A stretch of 63,980 bases of DNA, filler included, from Octopus bimaculoides (GCF_001194135.2; 8 parts of 7 records of this genome joined end to end with filler, not necessarily neighbours in it); one strand, 5' to 3'. Shown: positions 11,466 through 23,992, counted from the first letter of the whole stretch. Notes: generated by a model not told the origin, from the letters alone. Program-made: numbers and translations.

Positions 11466-12214
11466 NNNNNNNNNNNNNNNNNNNNNNNNNNNNNNNNNNN
11501 NNNNNNNNNNNNNNNNNNNNNNNNNNNNNNNNNNNNNNNNNNNNNNNNNNNNNNNNNNNNNNNNNNNNNNNNNNNNNNNNNNNNNNNNNNNNNNNNNNNN
11601 NNNNNNNNNNNNNNNNNNNNNNNNNNNNNNNNNNNNNNNNNNNNNNNNNNNNNNNNNNNNNNNNNNNNNNNNNNNNNNNNNNNNNNNNNNNNNNNNNNNN
11701 NNNNNNNNNNNNNNNNNNNNNNNNNNNNNNNNNNNNNNNNNNNNNNNNNNNNNNNNNNNNNNNNNNNNNNNNNNNNNNNNNNNNNNNNNNNNNNNNNNNN
11801 NNNNNNNNNNNNNNNNNNNNNNNNNNNNNNNNNNNNNNNNNNNNNNNNNNNNNNNNNNNNNNNNNNNNNNNNNNNNNNNNNNNNNNNNNNNNNNNNNNNN
11901 NNNNNNNNNNNNNNNNNNNNNNNNNNNNNNNNNTATATACTATATATATATATATATATATATATGTATACACATACATACATACATACAAACATACATA
12001 CACACACACTGACACGTGTGTATGTATGGTGTGTGCTTATGTATTTGCAAGTTTGCATGTGGCAAAGAGAGAGAGAGAGTGCATAACAGGTCATAATTCG
12101 TGATATATAAAAATAAAATGCACAGCTAGACATCCAGACACACACGCAGATATACAAAAAGTTTTCTTGCTCGTAGACAAGATCAACGAGGACTATGGGG
12201 GGGGGGAGCTAAAC

Positions 12215-12324
12215 CTTAATAACAACAACAACAACAACAACAACAACAGGTAACAGCCTATTAGAGATTTACCAACGTAAACAAACACGCAACGATAATA
12301 ACAATAATAACAATAATGATAATA

Positions 12325-12361
<37 letters not shown>

Positions 12362-12400
12362 GCATTAATAGTAATAACAACAATTATAGCAACAATAAGC
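12215..12400. repeat. (AAC)n/(AAT)n microsatellite region
   Basis: Trinucleotide runs. Confidence 0.9.
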
Positions 12401-13259
12401 AAGCAGAAAAAAAAACAGTACCAATGCACCATTTAAAACCGAGCTCTAAGGTGAAGGAGCGCCAGGGACCTTTTTGTTCTTTTATTGAAAAACCCCGGGC
12501 CGCGAAAGCCGGAAGTTGTGTTAGTTGTGTCAGCAGCTGTTCAAAGATGTTGGCTGAGGTCATAGGCATTCACTGTCATTTTATTTGATTAGCATTTTGT
12601 TTTCCCTTCTTCGTTTCTTTTTTTTATTTATATTTAATAATTTTTTTTTTTCCTTTGGTGGGTTTCTTTAGTGTAGCACACACATATACACATACTGATA
12701 AACACATACACACTCGCAGGCTCATTGTTTCTCTGTTGAAGTATGAATGTGCTTGTGTGTGTACATGTGTATATGTGTGTTCGGACATATACATATATCT
12801 CTGTGTGCGTGCGCTTCTTTCTTAGTGCTTGGGTTCGGTTTGTATAAGTTTCTAAAAGTTTTTCTTTTTTTTTATTATTATTACTAAGGATTGAGTCATC
12901 TAACCCAGTGTAGGCGTCTGTATCCGAAACTGGCACGATAATTGGCTGGTTCGACTGTGACGTCATAACTATAGGATAGAATCGAACCGATTCTCTTATA
13001 AAAGGCAGAATTTTCTAGTAGTGGATAGGATAGTGGTATGTTGGGTCAGAAAGTCTACTTGTTTATATATCTTATCTGTTTTGAGTTCGCATCCCAACGA
13101 GTTCAGCATAAGCTTTTTTTTTTTGTTTTCATTCGGATTGTTTTGTTGTGCATCGCGAAGATTGTGTTATAATATTTTCACCCCGCAACAAATCAAATGA
13201 CTTGATTCACTATATGGAAGCATTGCTGTTATAAACAGGTTACAATGCTTATAATAATT

Positions 13260-13291
13260 GTTTGTACTAAAAGCACAAGGCTTGGAATTTT

Positions 13292-13376
<85 letters not shown>

Positions 13377-13538
13377 AGTCGATTGTATCGTCTCAGTGAT
13401 CGACTGGTACTTATTTTATCAACCCAGGCTGGATGAAAGGCAATGTCGACCTCGGCAGAATTTGAAGTCAAAATATAAAGAGCCGGAAGGAATGCCGTTA
13501 AACATCTTGTCCGGTAACTAATGAATCTACCCTCTCGC
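13260..13538 (-). mobile_element. SINE family A copy interrupted by (GA)n (13293-13372)
   Basis: Tail GCACAAGGCTTGGAATTTTG, then (GA)n, then TTAGTCGATT...GGATGAAAGGCAATGTCGACCTCGGCAGAATTTGAA. Confidence 0.75.
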
Positions 13539-13589
13539 CTCTTTCACAATGCTCATATAATACTGATATTATTTAACTTTAATTAAATG

Positions 13590-13790
13590 GCAGGCGAAGG
13601 TGCATGGTCTTGAGGTTACGTTGTTGCACTCATGATCAAGATTGTGGTTTCGATTCTTGGACCGGGGAATACATTGTGTCCTTCAGCAAAACACTTCATT
13701 TTACGCTTCTTCAATTGACTCAGCCTTCAGTGAGTAACTTTGGAAACCGGGCCCATGAGCCTGGCTAGGCTTTAAAAGGGCGAAAAGGAG
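13590..13790 (+). mobile_element. Degenerate tRNA/CORE-like SINE related to family B
   Basis: GATTGTGGTTTCGATTCTTGGACCGGG (B box) and TGTGTCCTTCAGCAAAACACTT (CORE-like). Confidence 0.5.
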
Positions 13791-13794
13791 AAAA

Positions 13795-14815
13795 GTGAGT
13801 TGGCAGAATTGTTAGCGTGACGAACAAAAAGTTTAGTGGCATTTCATTTGGCTCTTTAATGTTCTACGTTCAAGCTCCGCCGAAGTCGACTTTGATTTTC
13901 ATCCTTTGGGGGTCGATGAAATAAGTACCAGTTGAGTACTGAGGTCGATGTAATGAACTAACTCCTTTCCCTAAAATTTGAGGACTTGTGCCGATAAAAG
14001 AAATTCTATGACTTTAGTATGGCGATGAGTTGGTAGAAATGTTACCAGGTCTAATAAAATGTTTGGTGGTATTTCTTCCGGCTATTTACGTTCTGAGTTC
14101 AAATTCCACCGAAATCGACTTTGTCATTCATTTCTCTGAGGTCGATAAAACAAAGTACCTGTTAAGTACTGGGCTACTCCATTCCCCTAAATTTACTTGC
14201 TTTGTGCCAAAATGTGAATCCTTCATTTTGGTTAAGTAGGGAGACGTGCTTGTTACAAGGTCGAAAAAGGTAAAAAAAACAAAAAAAAACTTGTTCCAAC
14301 TCCTTACGTTGTGAGTTCAAATTCCTCTGGGGTTAACTTTGTCTTTCATAATTTCGAGGTCAAGTACTGGGGTCGATGAATTTCGACTAATCCCTTACCC
14401 TCAGAATTTTTTGGCAATGTACCAGAATGAGTAACCATTATTTAGTTTTAGTAAAAACAGTGAATCTGCAGAATCGTTTGAGCGTCGAATCGAAATATCT
14501 TACGGTAGTATTTATCACTGATCATGGAATCCCGGGTTTAACCCCGCCAGGTTGAACTGTGTTTTAAACCATTATAGTTCCGATCAAGTATGTACAAGAT
14601 TCGATGCACTCGACCTTCCGATCCCCCTGTCCCTGAACAAAATATTCCAGTATTGTTCTTGTATAAAGTATTATTGTTTAGCTTTACTCCCGTTACGTTG
14701 CGAGTTCAAATTCTGACAGGGCTGCGCCATATTTTGATCTTGGGTCGATAGATTAATATTAGTGACGATTAAACAATATACAACGTACCCTCAAAAATCT
14801 GAGCCATCGTACTAA
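13795..14815 (+). mobile_element. Cluster of about 5 co-oriented, diverged SINE family A copies
   Basis: Repeated TGGCAGAAT/TGGTAGAAAT heads, GAGTTCAAATTC B boxes and GGGGTCGATG motifs at about 13800, 14020, 14305, 14460 and 14700. Confidence 0.7.
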
Positions 14816-15718
14816 AGAGGAACCTGTTACGTAGACATTAGCAATGCTAGAAATAGTCCTCCTTTAATCAAACCTCACCATATTAAACAGGAAAGACACG
14901 TTAAATAATTTAGTCCAAGTAATTCTCTTTAAAAAAAAAAAGAGATGTGATGGTCACGTCTGGGAACTTCAGATCAAGTCGTCACCTCGCTGCTAAATTA
15001 ACAACAGTTTCAATAGTGAATCAACGAGGGGTCTTTTGGGCAGTCACTTAATATGGTAGAAACAACTTTCATATGTTCTTGAACCGAAATGAGGAATGGA
15101 TATTTCATATATATATANNNNNNNNNNNNNNNNNNNNNNNNNNNNNNNNNNNNNNNNNNNNNNNNNNNNNNNNNNNNNNNNNNNNNNNNNNNNNNNNNNN
15201 NNNNNNNNNNNNNNNNNNNNNNNNNNNNNNNNNNNNNNNNNNNNNNNNNNNNNNNNNNNNNNNNNNNNNNNNNNNNNNNNNNNNNNNNNNNNNNNNNNNN
15301 NNNNNNNNNNNNNNNNNNNNNNNNNNNNNNNNNNNNNNNNNNNNNNNNNNNNNNNNNNNNNNNNNNNNNNNNNNNNNNNNNNNNNNNNNNNNNNNNNNNN
15401 NNNNNNNNNNNNNNNNNNNNNNNNNNNNNNNNNNNNNNNNNNNNNNNNNNNNNNNNNNNNNNNNNNNNNNNNNNNNNNNNNNNNNNNNNNNNNNNNNNNN
15501 NNNNNNNNNNNNNNNNNNNNNNNNNNNNNNNNNNNNNNNNNNNNNNNNNNNNNNNNNNNNNNNNNNNNNNNNNNNNNNNNNNNNNNNNNNNNNNNNNNNN
15601 NNNNNNNNNNNNNNNNNNNNNNNNNNNNNNNNNNNNNNNNNNNNNNNNNNNNNNNNNNNNNNNNNNNNNNNNNNNNNNNNNNNNNNNNNNNNNNNNNNNN
15701 NNNNNNNNNNNNNNNNNN

Positions 15719-15911
15719 TATACTTCTTTCAGTTTCCGTCTAACAATTTCACTCACAAAGCTTTGGTCGGCCGAGGCTATAGTAGAAGATACTTGTCTAA
15801 GGTGCCACGCAGTGGGACGGAATCCGGAACCATGTGGTTGGTAAGCAAGCTACTTACCACACAGCCATTCCTACGCCTCTAGCTACTTTCCACACAGGCA
15901 CTCCTGCGTCT
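15719..15911 (-). mobile_element. SINE family C 5' half plus a duplicated 5' end (15881-15911)
   Basis: Reverse complement of 4857-5010. AGCTACTT.CCACACAG.CA.TCCT.CG occurs twice. Confidence 0.85.
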
Positions 15912-15967
15912 GTATAAAGCAAGGAAATAACACTGGAAAAACCAAATGCTATGTAATAGACTTCATT

Positions 15968-16048
15968 AGCTTACAACTGTTTCTGCTGTAAGATGTGATG
16001 GACTCTTAGTTGATTACCAAGATATCATCCTATAGCTTCATCAGAGCC
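15968..16048 (-). ncRNA. Type I hammerhead ribozyme motif, long stem II, GUA site
   Basis: 5'-GGCU CUGAUGA [A GCU A UAGGAUG .. UCUUGGU AAUCA ACUAAGA .. CAUCUUA C AGC A; 54 nt] GAAAC AGUU GUA AGCU-3'. Confidence 0.75.
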
Positions 16049-16147
16049 TTGAATATGAAGTGCAATTTATATATACATGCATACATGCATAAATACATGC
16101 ATGCATACATTCATACATACATTCATACATATATGCACATATATACA

Positions 16148-16181
<34 letters not shown>

Positions 16182-16692
16182 NNNNNNNNNNTATATATAA
16201 TTATAATAAATAGCGCCACATGCCAGAGATAGACGCCAAATGGCTCTAAAAACTACATTATGTACTCCATTATCACGGGTTGAAAGCGAGGAAAGTGAAC
16301 AAAGAACGCTTTAAAAAAAAGGGTTAACTATACATCAATTTCTAGCTTAGAGATATAAAATCCCTTTGCTGCCATCAGTAGAATATACCACATTATGCAT
16401 AAATGCAAATATTTATAGATACCCATATGAATAACACGTATTCATACGAATATATACAGATATTCACACGTATATAGGAACTACATCTAATTTATTCACC
16501 TCAACCACGTGCGTCTACGACCAAAAATAATACTGCAATAAATATATTGGTCGGAGTAATTTATGTTTATAAATAATTGAGGATAAAATCGGATAACGAT
16601 TTATATTAATTGTTACCTATATGGTTTTTATTACACGTTGGCTACTTAATCATTATATGATTTTTATCCTTGTATATATATATATATATATA

Positions 16693-16795
16693 CATTTGAT
16701 GTAATGTTCACATTGCCTAAATAAATGGAGTCGCATGAAACGATCGTACTGCATTAACTTTGGATATCCTTGTTGCTTAAATTGATTTTAATCAC
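16693..16795 (+). ncRNA. 3' half of a hammerhead of the same family as 11213-11301; CUGANGA half lost
   Basis: GTAATGTTCACATTGCCTAAATAAATGGAGTCGCAT GAAAC GATC GTA CTGCA aligns with the 11213 copy. A (TA)n tract sits where the core should be. Confidence 0.7.
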
Positions 16796-16933
16796 TTTAT
16801 TTTGGAATTGTATGGATAATACCATACTTAATTCTGGTGTATAAACGTAAGTACCATATTCACCTTGAATCTAATTTTTTTACAGAACTCACCTTATATA
16901 TATATATTTTCTACCTAACTGCTTTATTCCTTA

Positions 16934-16984
<51 letters not shown>

Positions 16985-17689
16985 CCTCTCTCTTTCTGTT
17001 GATTGTTTATAACCATCATCATCACCAGTACCACCACTGTCGTCACCACAACTGCCGCACACACACCATTCAGACTTCTGACGCCACCACCATCAATACT
17101 TTTGACTTCATCGCCTTCCCCTCTACCACCATCACCACTGTCTTTCACATCGCATACTATCACCGTTATCCCTGACCACCTTGGCTACCACCACTACCAG
17201 CATTATCACCGCCGCCTCCGCCTCTACCACAACTACAGGCTCATACTATCACCCTATTACCATCACAACCGTCAATCTACTACTGCCCTCACCGTCTCCA
17301 TGCCCGCTATTACTCTCACCCCAACAGGAGGAATAGTAGAAGTGTCACTGAATAGTGAGAGAGGGGGTCAAAGTGTGACACACTGACACACAGAAATTCG
17401 CTTTGGCATTTATTATTATAGATGAAATTATTTAGTGGCATAATGAAACTGTGTATAGTTGTATAGGAAATATTCATGGGACAAACATTTGTGAAAGTAA
17501 TATAAAGCCTCAAATTTACAGGGAGATAGCCATATTACTTCCAAATGAAATTCACCGTTGTAAATAAGGAACGGCATATTGATAAGATCAGGGATGGCCA
17601 CAGATAAAATACATTCGATATTAAGTCTACTGATCTGCAGTTAAGCAATAACAACAACTACCACAATCACCGTCACTAACAACGCCATC

Positions 17690-17779
17690 ACCACTACTAC
17701 CACCACCACCACCACCACTACCACTACCACCACCACTACCACCACCACCACCACCACACATACCACCACCACCACCACC
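17690..17779. repeat. (CAC/CTAC)n microsatellite
   Basis: Simple repeat running into a gap. Confidence 0.9.
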
Positions 17780-17879
17780 NNNNNNNNNNNNNNNNNNNNN
17801 NNNNNNNNNNNNNNNNNNNNNNNTTAATTAATTAANNNNNNNNNNNNNNNNNNNNNNNNNNNNNNNNNNNNNNNNNNNN
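17780..17879. other. Artificial 100-bp scaffold join (44 N + TTAATTAATTAA + 44 N). Identical joins at 26249-26348, 34407-34506, 45470-45569, 51880-51979, 59046-59145 and 62773-62872
   Basis: Same length and same palindromic 12-mer, which gives stops in all six frames, seven times. Confidence 0.95.
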
Positions 17880-18004
17880 AAGCATATTCACACGTACATA
17901 AACACATACACGCATATATATATATGTATATATATATGGTGGTTGTATATACATATATACATATATACATATACACACACACACACACACACATATATTT
18001 CCTT

Positions 18005-18056
18005 TATTTCTTTTATTCGCTTCAGCCATGTGGCTGCGGTCATGCTGGAGCACTAC
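18005..18056 (-). mobile_element. Isolated family C-type 3' tail
   Basis: Reverse complement GGTAGTGCTCCAGCATGACCGCAGCC-ACAT-GGCTGAAGCGAATAAAAG. Confidence 0.7.
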
Positions 18057-20011
18057 CTACCTACCTGCCTGCTTACCTACCTACCTGGAAGTTGATAGAG
18101 ACACGAATGATGCTGCTATTGTGTAAGGATCAGCACACTCACACACACACATACACACTCACACACGTTTCCCATCTGTAGAAGACTGTTTCAATAACCT
18201 CTTGCCGTGACAATCTATTTAAATAGATTATCTCTTCTGTATATTTGTTGTTGCTTCACCCAGTGCACAACTTACAGAGAAGATCTCTGTTAAATGTCTT
18301 TCTCGACGCGATCAGCCATTTTTACCGAGCATATTATATCTAAAACTATAAAATCCAGCACGTCATTCCTTTTCAAGACGAAAAGGATGTATTTGAAGAT
18401 TTGGCTTTTATTTCACACAATCCAAACAACCCACAATATTTCGTCTAATTTGGTGTTATGAGAGATCGGTGAATATTAGTTATCCTTCTATGAAATATCC
18501 TTAAAGACTGTTTAATAATTATTTTTGCTGCAAGTTTCACAAAAGTTAGCTATAGTTCTGATGTTTGCAATTGTCATAAGCTCAATGAAATTTGTTTATT
18601 TACTTGCATAATTTATTTTTGAGTGATCTCAAGTCCTAAATGGTACTCAGATCATGCGAATAATTGATAGGTTCTATTCCCTATCGGCGAACTGAAGTTC
18701 TTCTGCTCTGGCTGGGCTATTACTAACTTCTCCCACTCAAGACATTCGAGACCCGAATATCATCACCAAACATAGTGTTTTTGTCTTAGAACGCAGGCCC
18801 TCTGGGATTTTCTTCTTGCTCATGTCTTACTCGTAAATGTTGATTTACAAGGATAAAAAGGAACATTAATAAAATATGAATGCCAGCGGAATAGTGGGGA
18901 CCAGCGATGGCCACGAGTAATTCCCCTTACAGACTCAACAAATAAAAATAACCCATGTAGCTCTCAATATCTGTAAACTATTTGTTATTACGATACTATA
19001 TAATGATAGTTTAATATCAACGTTAAGCCCAATCGAGCAAAACTTCAACTAAAGCCATTCTAGATGTGGCCTTTCTGCTGTTTCATACACATGTAACTTT
19101 ATTGTTTAACGCATCTTTTCTATTTTAGCCAGAAGTGTGTGTTTTCAAAAAGATTTGACTGCTATTTCTTTGTAGGTTGAACAATTACCTAAAAGTTTTG
19201 TATTTCATTGACTGAAATATTTAATTCTCATGTTTTAAATAATGTACATTACAAGTCCTTGTTTTCCTATATCAAAGACGACAGATTTTCTCTTAGAATG
19301 TGCTTGCCAATGGGTAACTGCTACTGATAAAGACCCTAAAAGACAGACATGTGCATGACTACCGCTGCTGGACGATTTTCGTCTGCTACTGATATATTCT
19401 TGTGTTATTTAACACAGAACGTCCATAGGATTTACTACCTCTGAACCAATAATCAGTTAATTTGGCTTTCCATGATGCATCTGCGTTAAGTACGATACAC
19501 AGATTGCTGTTTTAAACTAATAAAGTTTTTGTTGCACATGAACAAAAAGTTCCGTTTCATGTTACTCCAAACACTATTAAGTCTACTCAGTAGACAAAAA
19601 ACATTTGGTTTTGTTATATACATTATGGAGTATTTGGTTTATAGCATTTGGTATGGAATAATCGTTTGATAGATGTTTTTGTCGAAGACATTTTACATTT
19701 ATACAGTCTGTAATACTTTACTGCTATGATTTTACTGGCTATTAACATTTACTTAAGTCCTGTAAGTTGCAGGTAAACATATATTAAACGTTGATGTTAT
19801 TTAGCCCCATTGTGATAACTGGTTCAGCTAACATATAATAAAAAAAACTTTCCTACAATGACTAGCAATCCTTTTATTTTAAGGCATAGTGGACCATGGA
19901 AGAAATTATCTAAACTGTAAGACGTGAAAGTGTTATTTGAATACTTGATAGATAATATTCACCACGAAAATATCGTATTGATAATCTCTCCTACACTTTC
20001 TCTCTCGGTTA

Positions 20012-20055
<44 letters not shown>

Positions 20056-20058
20056 TTA

Positions 20059-20292
20059 TCTTATTTCTTTATTGCCCACAAGGGGCTAAACATAGAGGGG
20101 ACAAACAAGGACAGACAAAGGGATTAAGTCGATTACATCGACCCCAGTACATGACTGGTATTTAATTTATCGACCCCGAAAGGATGAAAGGCAAAGTCGA
20201 CCTCGGCGGAATTTGAACTCAGAACGTAACGGCAGACGAAATACTGCTAAGCATTTCGCCCGGCGTGCTAACAATTCTGTCAGCCCGCCGCC
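20059..20292 (-). mobile_element. SINE family A, full-length and well-preserved copy
   Basis: Near-perfect reverse complement of the 9902/10121 units, including the GGCGGCGGGCTGACAGAAT head. Confidence 0.9.
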
Positions 20293-20603
20293 TTATGTAT
20301 GTATGTATGTATGTATGTATGTATGTATGTATGTATGTATGTATGTATGTATGTATCTATCTATCTGTGTGAAGGAGTGAAATTGTGATGATTTTTGTCC
20401 GATAACTGATAAGGGATGAGCATGTCCACTCCATGTTTCGCGAGATTTTCCCGTGTGTTACTTTGTCTCCTTGTGCAATACTTTACTCTTATCTATCTAT
20501 CTCTGCGCGCGCACACACGCACACACACACACACACACACTCACAAATGTATGTATAAATATATACTATTGTGAGTTTAGGGTGATATATTTTCCGGTAT
20601 ATA

Positions 20604-21225
20604 CATGATGATGGCCGTCCACTTGTGACCGAGGAAGATCATTGCTGACCTTCAGGAACATTGCGCACACTAGGACTAACTTATATTTTGCATTTGTGGC
20701 CCCGTTAGTAGCTACTGATCCCTGCTCTTGACAAGCATAGTCGACTGCAAACATTGCAGACCAAGTTTTCCCCATCCACTATGCTAGCAGTGCGCTTTCG
20801 CACAGCACGCTTAAGTTCTTCATGCTGAATACGTGCTCTCTGAAAAGTGTCTACCCCCGCCTTAACCCGTTTCTTCCATCTGTGGTGATGACAGACATTG
20901 TTCTCCAAGTCAGTCTCCTGCATATCACAGGCCTTTAATGAGGACTTGACACAGTCCTTAAATCGCACCCTTGGTTTCTGCTGGGGTCTCTTCCATTCAC
21001 AAGTTCTCCATATAACATCTGCTTAGGGATCCTGCCATCCTTCATTCTAATAAGGTGTCCAGTCCAACATAACCGGTGCTTGTGCACCATCGCCTCAATA
21101 CTCAAGATATCAGCTGTCCTCAGGACCTGTGTGTCTGGAATTTTTAAGGTCCAGCCAACATTGAGAATGTGTCTGAGACATCTCTGATGAAAGCGTTCAA
21201 GGACCCTTACATGTCTCACATGAGC
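20604..21225 (-). mobile_element. RTE-clade LINE 3' end (pseudogene) with one C-terminal C2H2-like finger
   Basis: RHVRVLERFHQRCLRHIL...RLCWTGHLIRMKDGRIPKQMLYGEL / RFKDCVKSSLKAC...VCNVCSRLCLSRAGISSY. 3' UTR ends GGACGGCCATCATC. Confidence 0.9.
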
Positions 21226-21748
21226 AGAGGAGCGATGTCAGTACTAGATTCATCCGACCTTTCAACAGGTCTTGTTTTTAATCCTGCTGGGTTTCTAGCA
21301 ACCCTCCTCAACAGGATAGCCTGGTGGGGGTGCCAGTTTAGTCGCCGGCAACCCGACCATAAAACAGGTTGTACTGGATTCCATGTTACCAGTAGCACTT
21401 ATGAGAGCCTCATAAGCGACCTGACATACATACACATACATATAAACAAACTAACAATTTTCGAAATGTTTATTGCACGATACAATTAGATGATTTTCTG
21501 TTCTATCACAGAAATGCCGTTACAACAGCAGAAATTACCGTTACAAAGCGGAAAAACTATCAACAAACAGACTTGGGACTTAAACCCACATCCCTCAAAG
21601 ATTCCGGATAAGTGCTTTATCATTTACCTAAACTGCCCATTGAAAGCTAAATGCACAACTACAAGTATATAAATATAAACACACTCTTAGTTTGCTTATA
21701 TTTATATAAATGAATTTGTCAGCGGCAATTTAGCTTAATGATAAAACA

Positions 21749-21928
21749 CCAGTAGGTGTTTGGCTGTTCTTAGAAATGATGCCAAATTTATTTTTAGAAA
21801 TGATGACATTTGAGAAATTGTTTTGTGTTTTGGTTGTAGGGATAAGATTTTTAAACCCCAGTAGGTGTTTGGCTGTTCTTAGAAATGATGCCAAACCTAT
21901 TTTTAGAAATGATGATATTTGAGAGATT
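21749..21928. repeat. 109-bp tandem repeat (at least 1.6 units) running into an 804-N gap
   Basis: CCAGTAGGTGTTTGGCTGTTCTTAGAAATGATGCCAAA starts at 21749 and again at 21858. Each unit contains TTAGAAATGATG twice. Confidence 0.85.
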
Positions 21929-22732
21929 NNNNNNNNNNNNNNNNNNNNNNNNNNNNNNNNNNNNNNNNNNNNNNNNNNNNNNNNNNNNNNNNNNNNNNNN
22001 NNNNNNNNNNNNNNNNNNNNNNNNNNNNNNNNNNNNNNNNNNNNNNNNNNNNNNNNNNNNNNNNNNNNNNNNNNNNNNNNNNNNNNNNNNNNNNNNNNNN
22101 NNNNNNNNNNNNNNNNNNNNNNNNNNNNNNNNNNNNNNNNNNNNNNNNNNNNNNNNNNNNNNNNNNNNNNNNNNNNNNNNNNNNNNNNNNNNNNNNNNNN
22201 NNNNNNNNNNNNNNNNNNNNNNNNNNNNNNNNNNNNNNNNNNNNNNNNNNNNNNNNNNNNNNNNNNNNNNNNNNNNNNNNNNNNNNNNNNNNNNNNNNNN
22301 NNNNNNNNNNNNNNNNNNNNNNNNNNNNNNNNNNNNNNNNNNNNNNNNNNNNNNNNNNNNNNNNNNNNNNNNNNNNNNNNNNNNNNNNNNNNNNNNNNNN
22401 NNNNNNNNNNNNNNNNNNNNNNNNNNNNNNNNNNNNNNNNNNNNNNNNNNNNNNNNNNNNNNNNNNNNNNNNNNNNNNNNNNNNNNNNNNNNNNNNNNNN
22501 NNNNNNNNNNNNNNNNNNNNNNNNNNNNNNNNNNNNNNNNNNNNNNNNNNNNNNNNNNNNNNNNNNNNNNNNNNNNNNNNNNNNNNNNNNNNNNNNNNNN
22601 NNNNNNNNNNNNNNNNNNNNNNNNNNNNNNNNNNNNNNNNNNNNNNNNNNNNNNNNNNNNNNNNNNNNNNNNNNNNNNNNNNNNNNNNNNNNNNNNNNNN
22701 NNNNNNNNNNNNNNNNNNNNNNNNNNNNNNNN

Positions 22733-22779
<47 letters not shown>

Positions 22780-22837
22780 CGTACATATGTGTGCGCTTTC
22801 GTGTGTGCGTCTCTGTCTATATTTCTCTATATGTATA

Positions 22838-23728
22838 TAAGGCCTGATCAATAAGTATCCGGACTGTTGCCATAGTAACAAAGGTAAAACATGCAAAGTG
22901 AAGCCGTTTGGCAAAGATTGACCTTAAACAATGCTGTGTGTGTGCACTAAGTTTTAACGTTCTACCTCACTTATGCTGTTTACAGTCGTACTTAGAAAGG
23001 TGTGTATCGTGTGGTCGTCGCATTCACTATGACAGAGAAAGTTCTCATAGCGACACCTGCTCAGAGGCCTACGCTAAGTTGCAGAAAATATATGGAGAGG
23101 AGTGTACGAGCCGCACACAAGTGCATGAGTGTTTCAGACGTTTCCAAGATGGACAAAAAATGTCGATATTGATGTACATTCTGGGAGACCCGTAACCAGC
23201 AGAACCCCGAAAAACATCGCAGATGTGCGGGCAGCTGTGAGGGGAAATCGTCGAATCACTATTTGTGAATTCTCAGAAGATGTGCAGGTTAGTTACAGTT
23301 CAGTTCAGTCCATTATCACTGAAGATTTGGGGATGAGGCGCGTGTCTGACAATTTTGTGCCAAAACTGCTTCCAGGTGACCAAAAAGACACTCGGGTTTA
23401 TGTTGCACAAGGTGTCCTTAATTGTGTTGAGAAGGATGAAAACTTTTTGAAAACTTTGTGTAGGCCTCTGAGCCGGTATCGCAAAGCCTTTGGAAAAATT
23501 TGATGCAGAATTTCAACTCGACTTTCTCTGTCATGGCTAATACGGCGATTACACGCTACACACCTTCCTTCAAAGCACTGATATAAACAACAGAAGTGAG
23601 CTAGAACGCTAAAACTCAGTGCGCATGCACAACAGAGTTTAAGGTCAATTTGTGCCAAGCGGCTATACTCTGTGCGCTTTAGCTTCGTTACTATGGCAAC
23701 AGTCCGGATATTTATTGATCACATCACG
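22838..23728 (+). mobile_element. Non-autonomous mariner fold-back derivative with arms of about 220-280 bp
   Basis: TA followed by TAAGGCCTGATCAATAAGTATCCGGACTG at the left end, inverse at the right end. The interior encodes only the HTH region (SEAYAKLQKIYG...SGRPVTS...RRITI...LGMRRVS..FVPKLL). No DDD domain. Confidence 0.9.
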
Positions 23729-23992
23729 TTATTATTGTGGATAGACCGATAGATAGATGTGGTCATTGTTAGTTGGGTATACATATCTGTGTTTGTGTGC
23801 GTTCCTGTTTGTCTGAGTGCATCTGAACCCTCTTATGAGTGCGTTTCCAAAGTAATGTATGCAAATGCATACGGGATTAGTAGTCATGTTTATTTTAAAT
23901 TCGCTTAAAATCATTTCAAATCTCACCGCCTGCATGACGGAAAAAAACGAGAAGTAGAATATGTGAGACAGAACGAGTCTAATAATAATTGC

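Noticed and set aside
12470-12590. CCGGAAGT (ETS-like) motif in a GC-richer patch as a promoter
   Set aside because: A short motif with no associated transcript or gene evidence.
17824-17835. TTAATTAATTAA palindrome recurring seven times (PacI-like site or regular array)
   Set aside because: Always centred in exactly 44 N + 44 N. It is an assembly linker, not biology, and adjacency across these joins is unverified.
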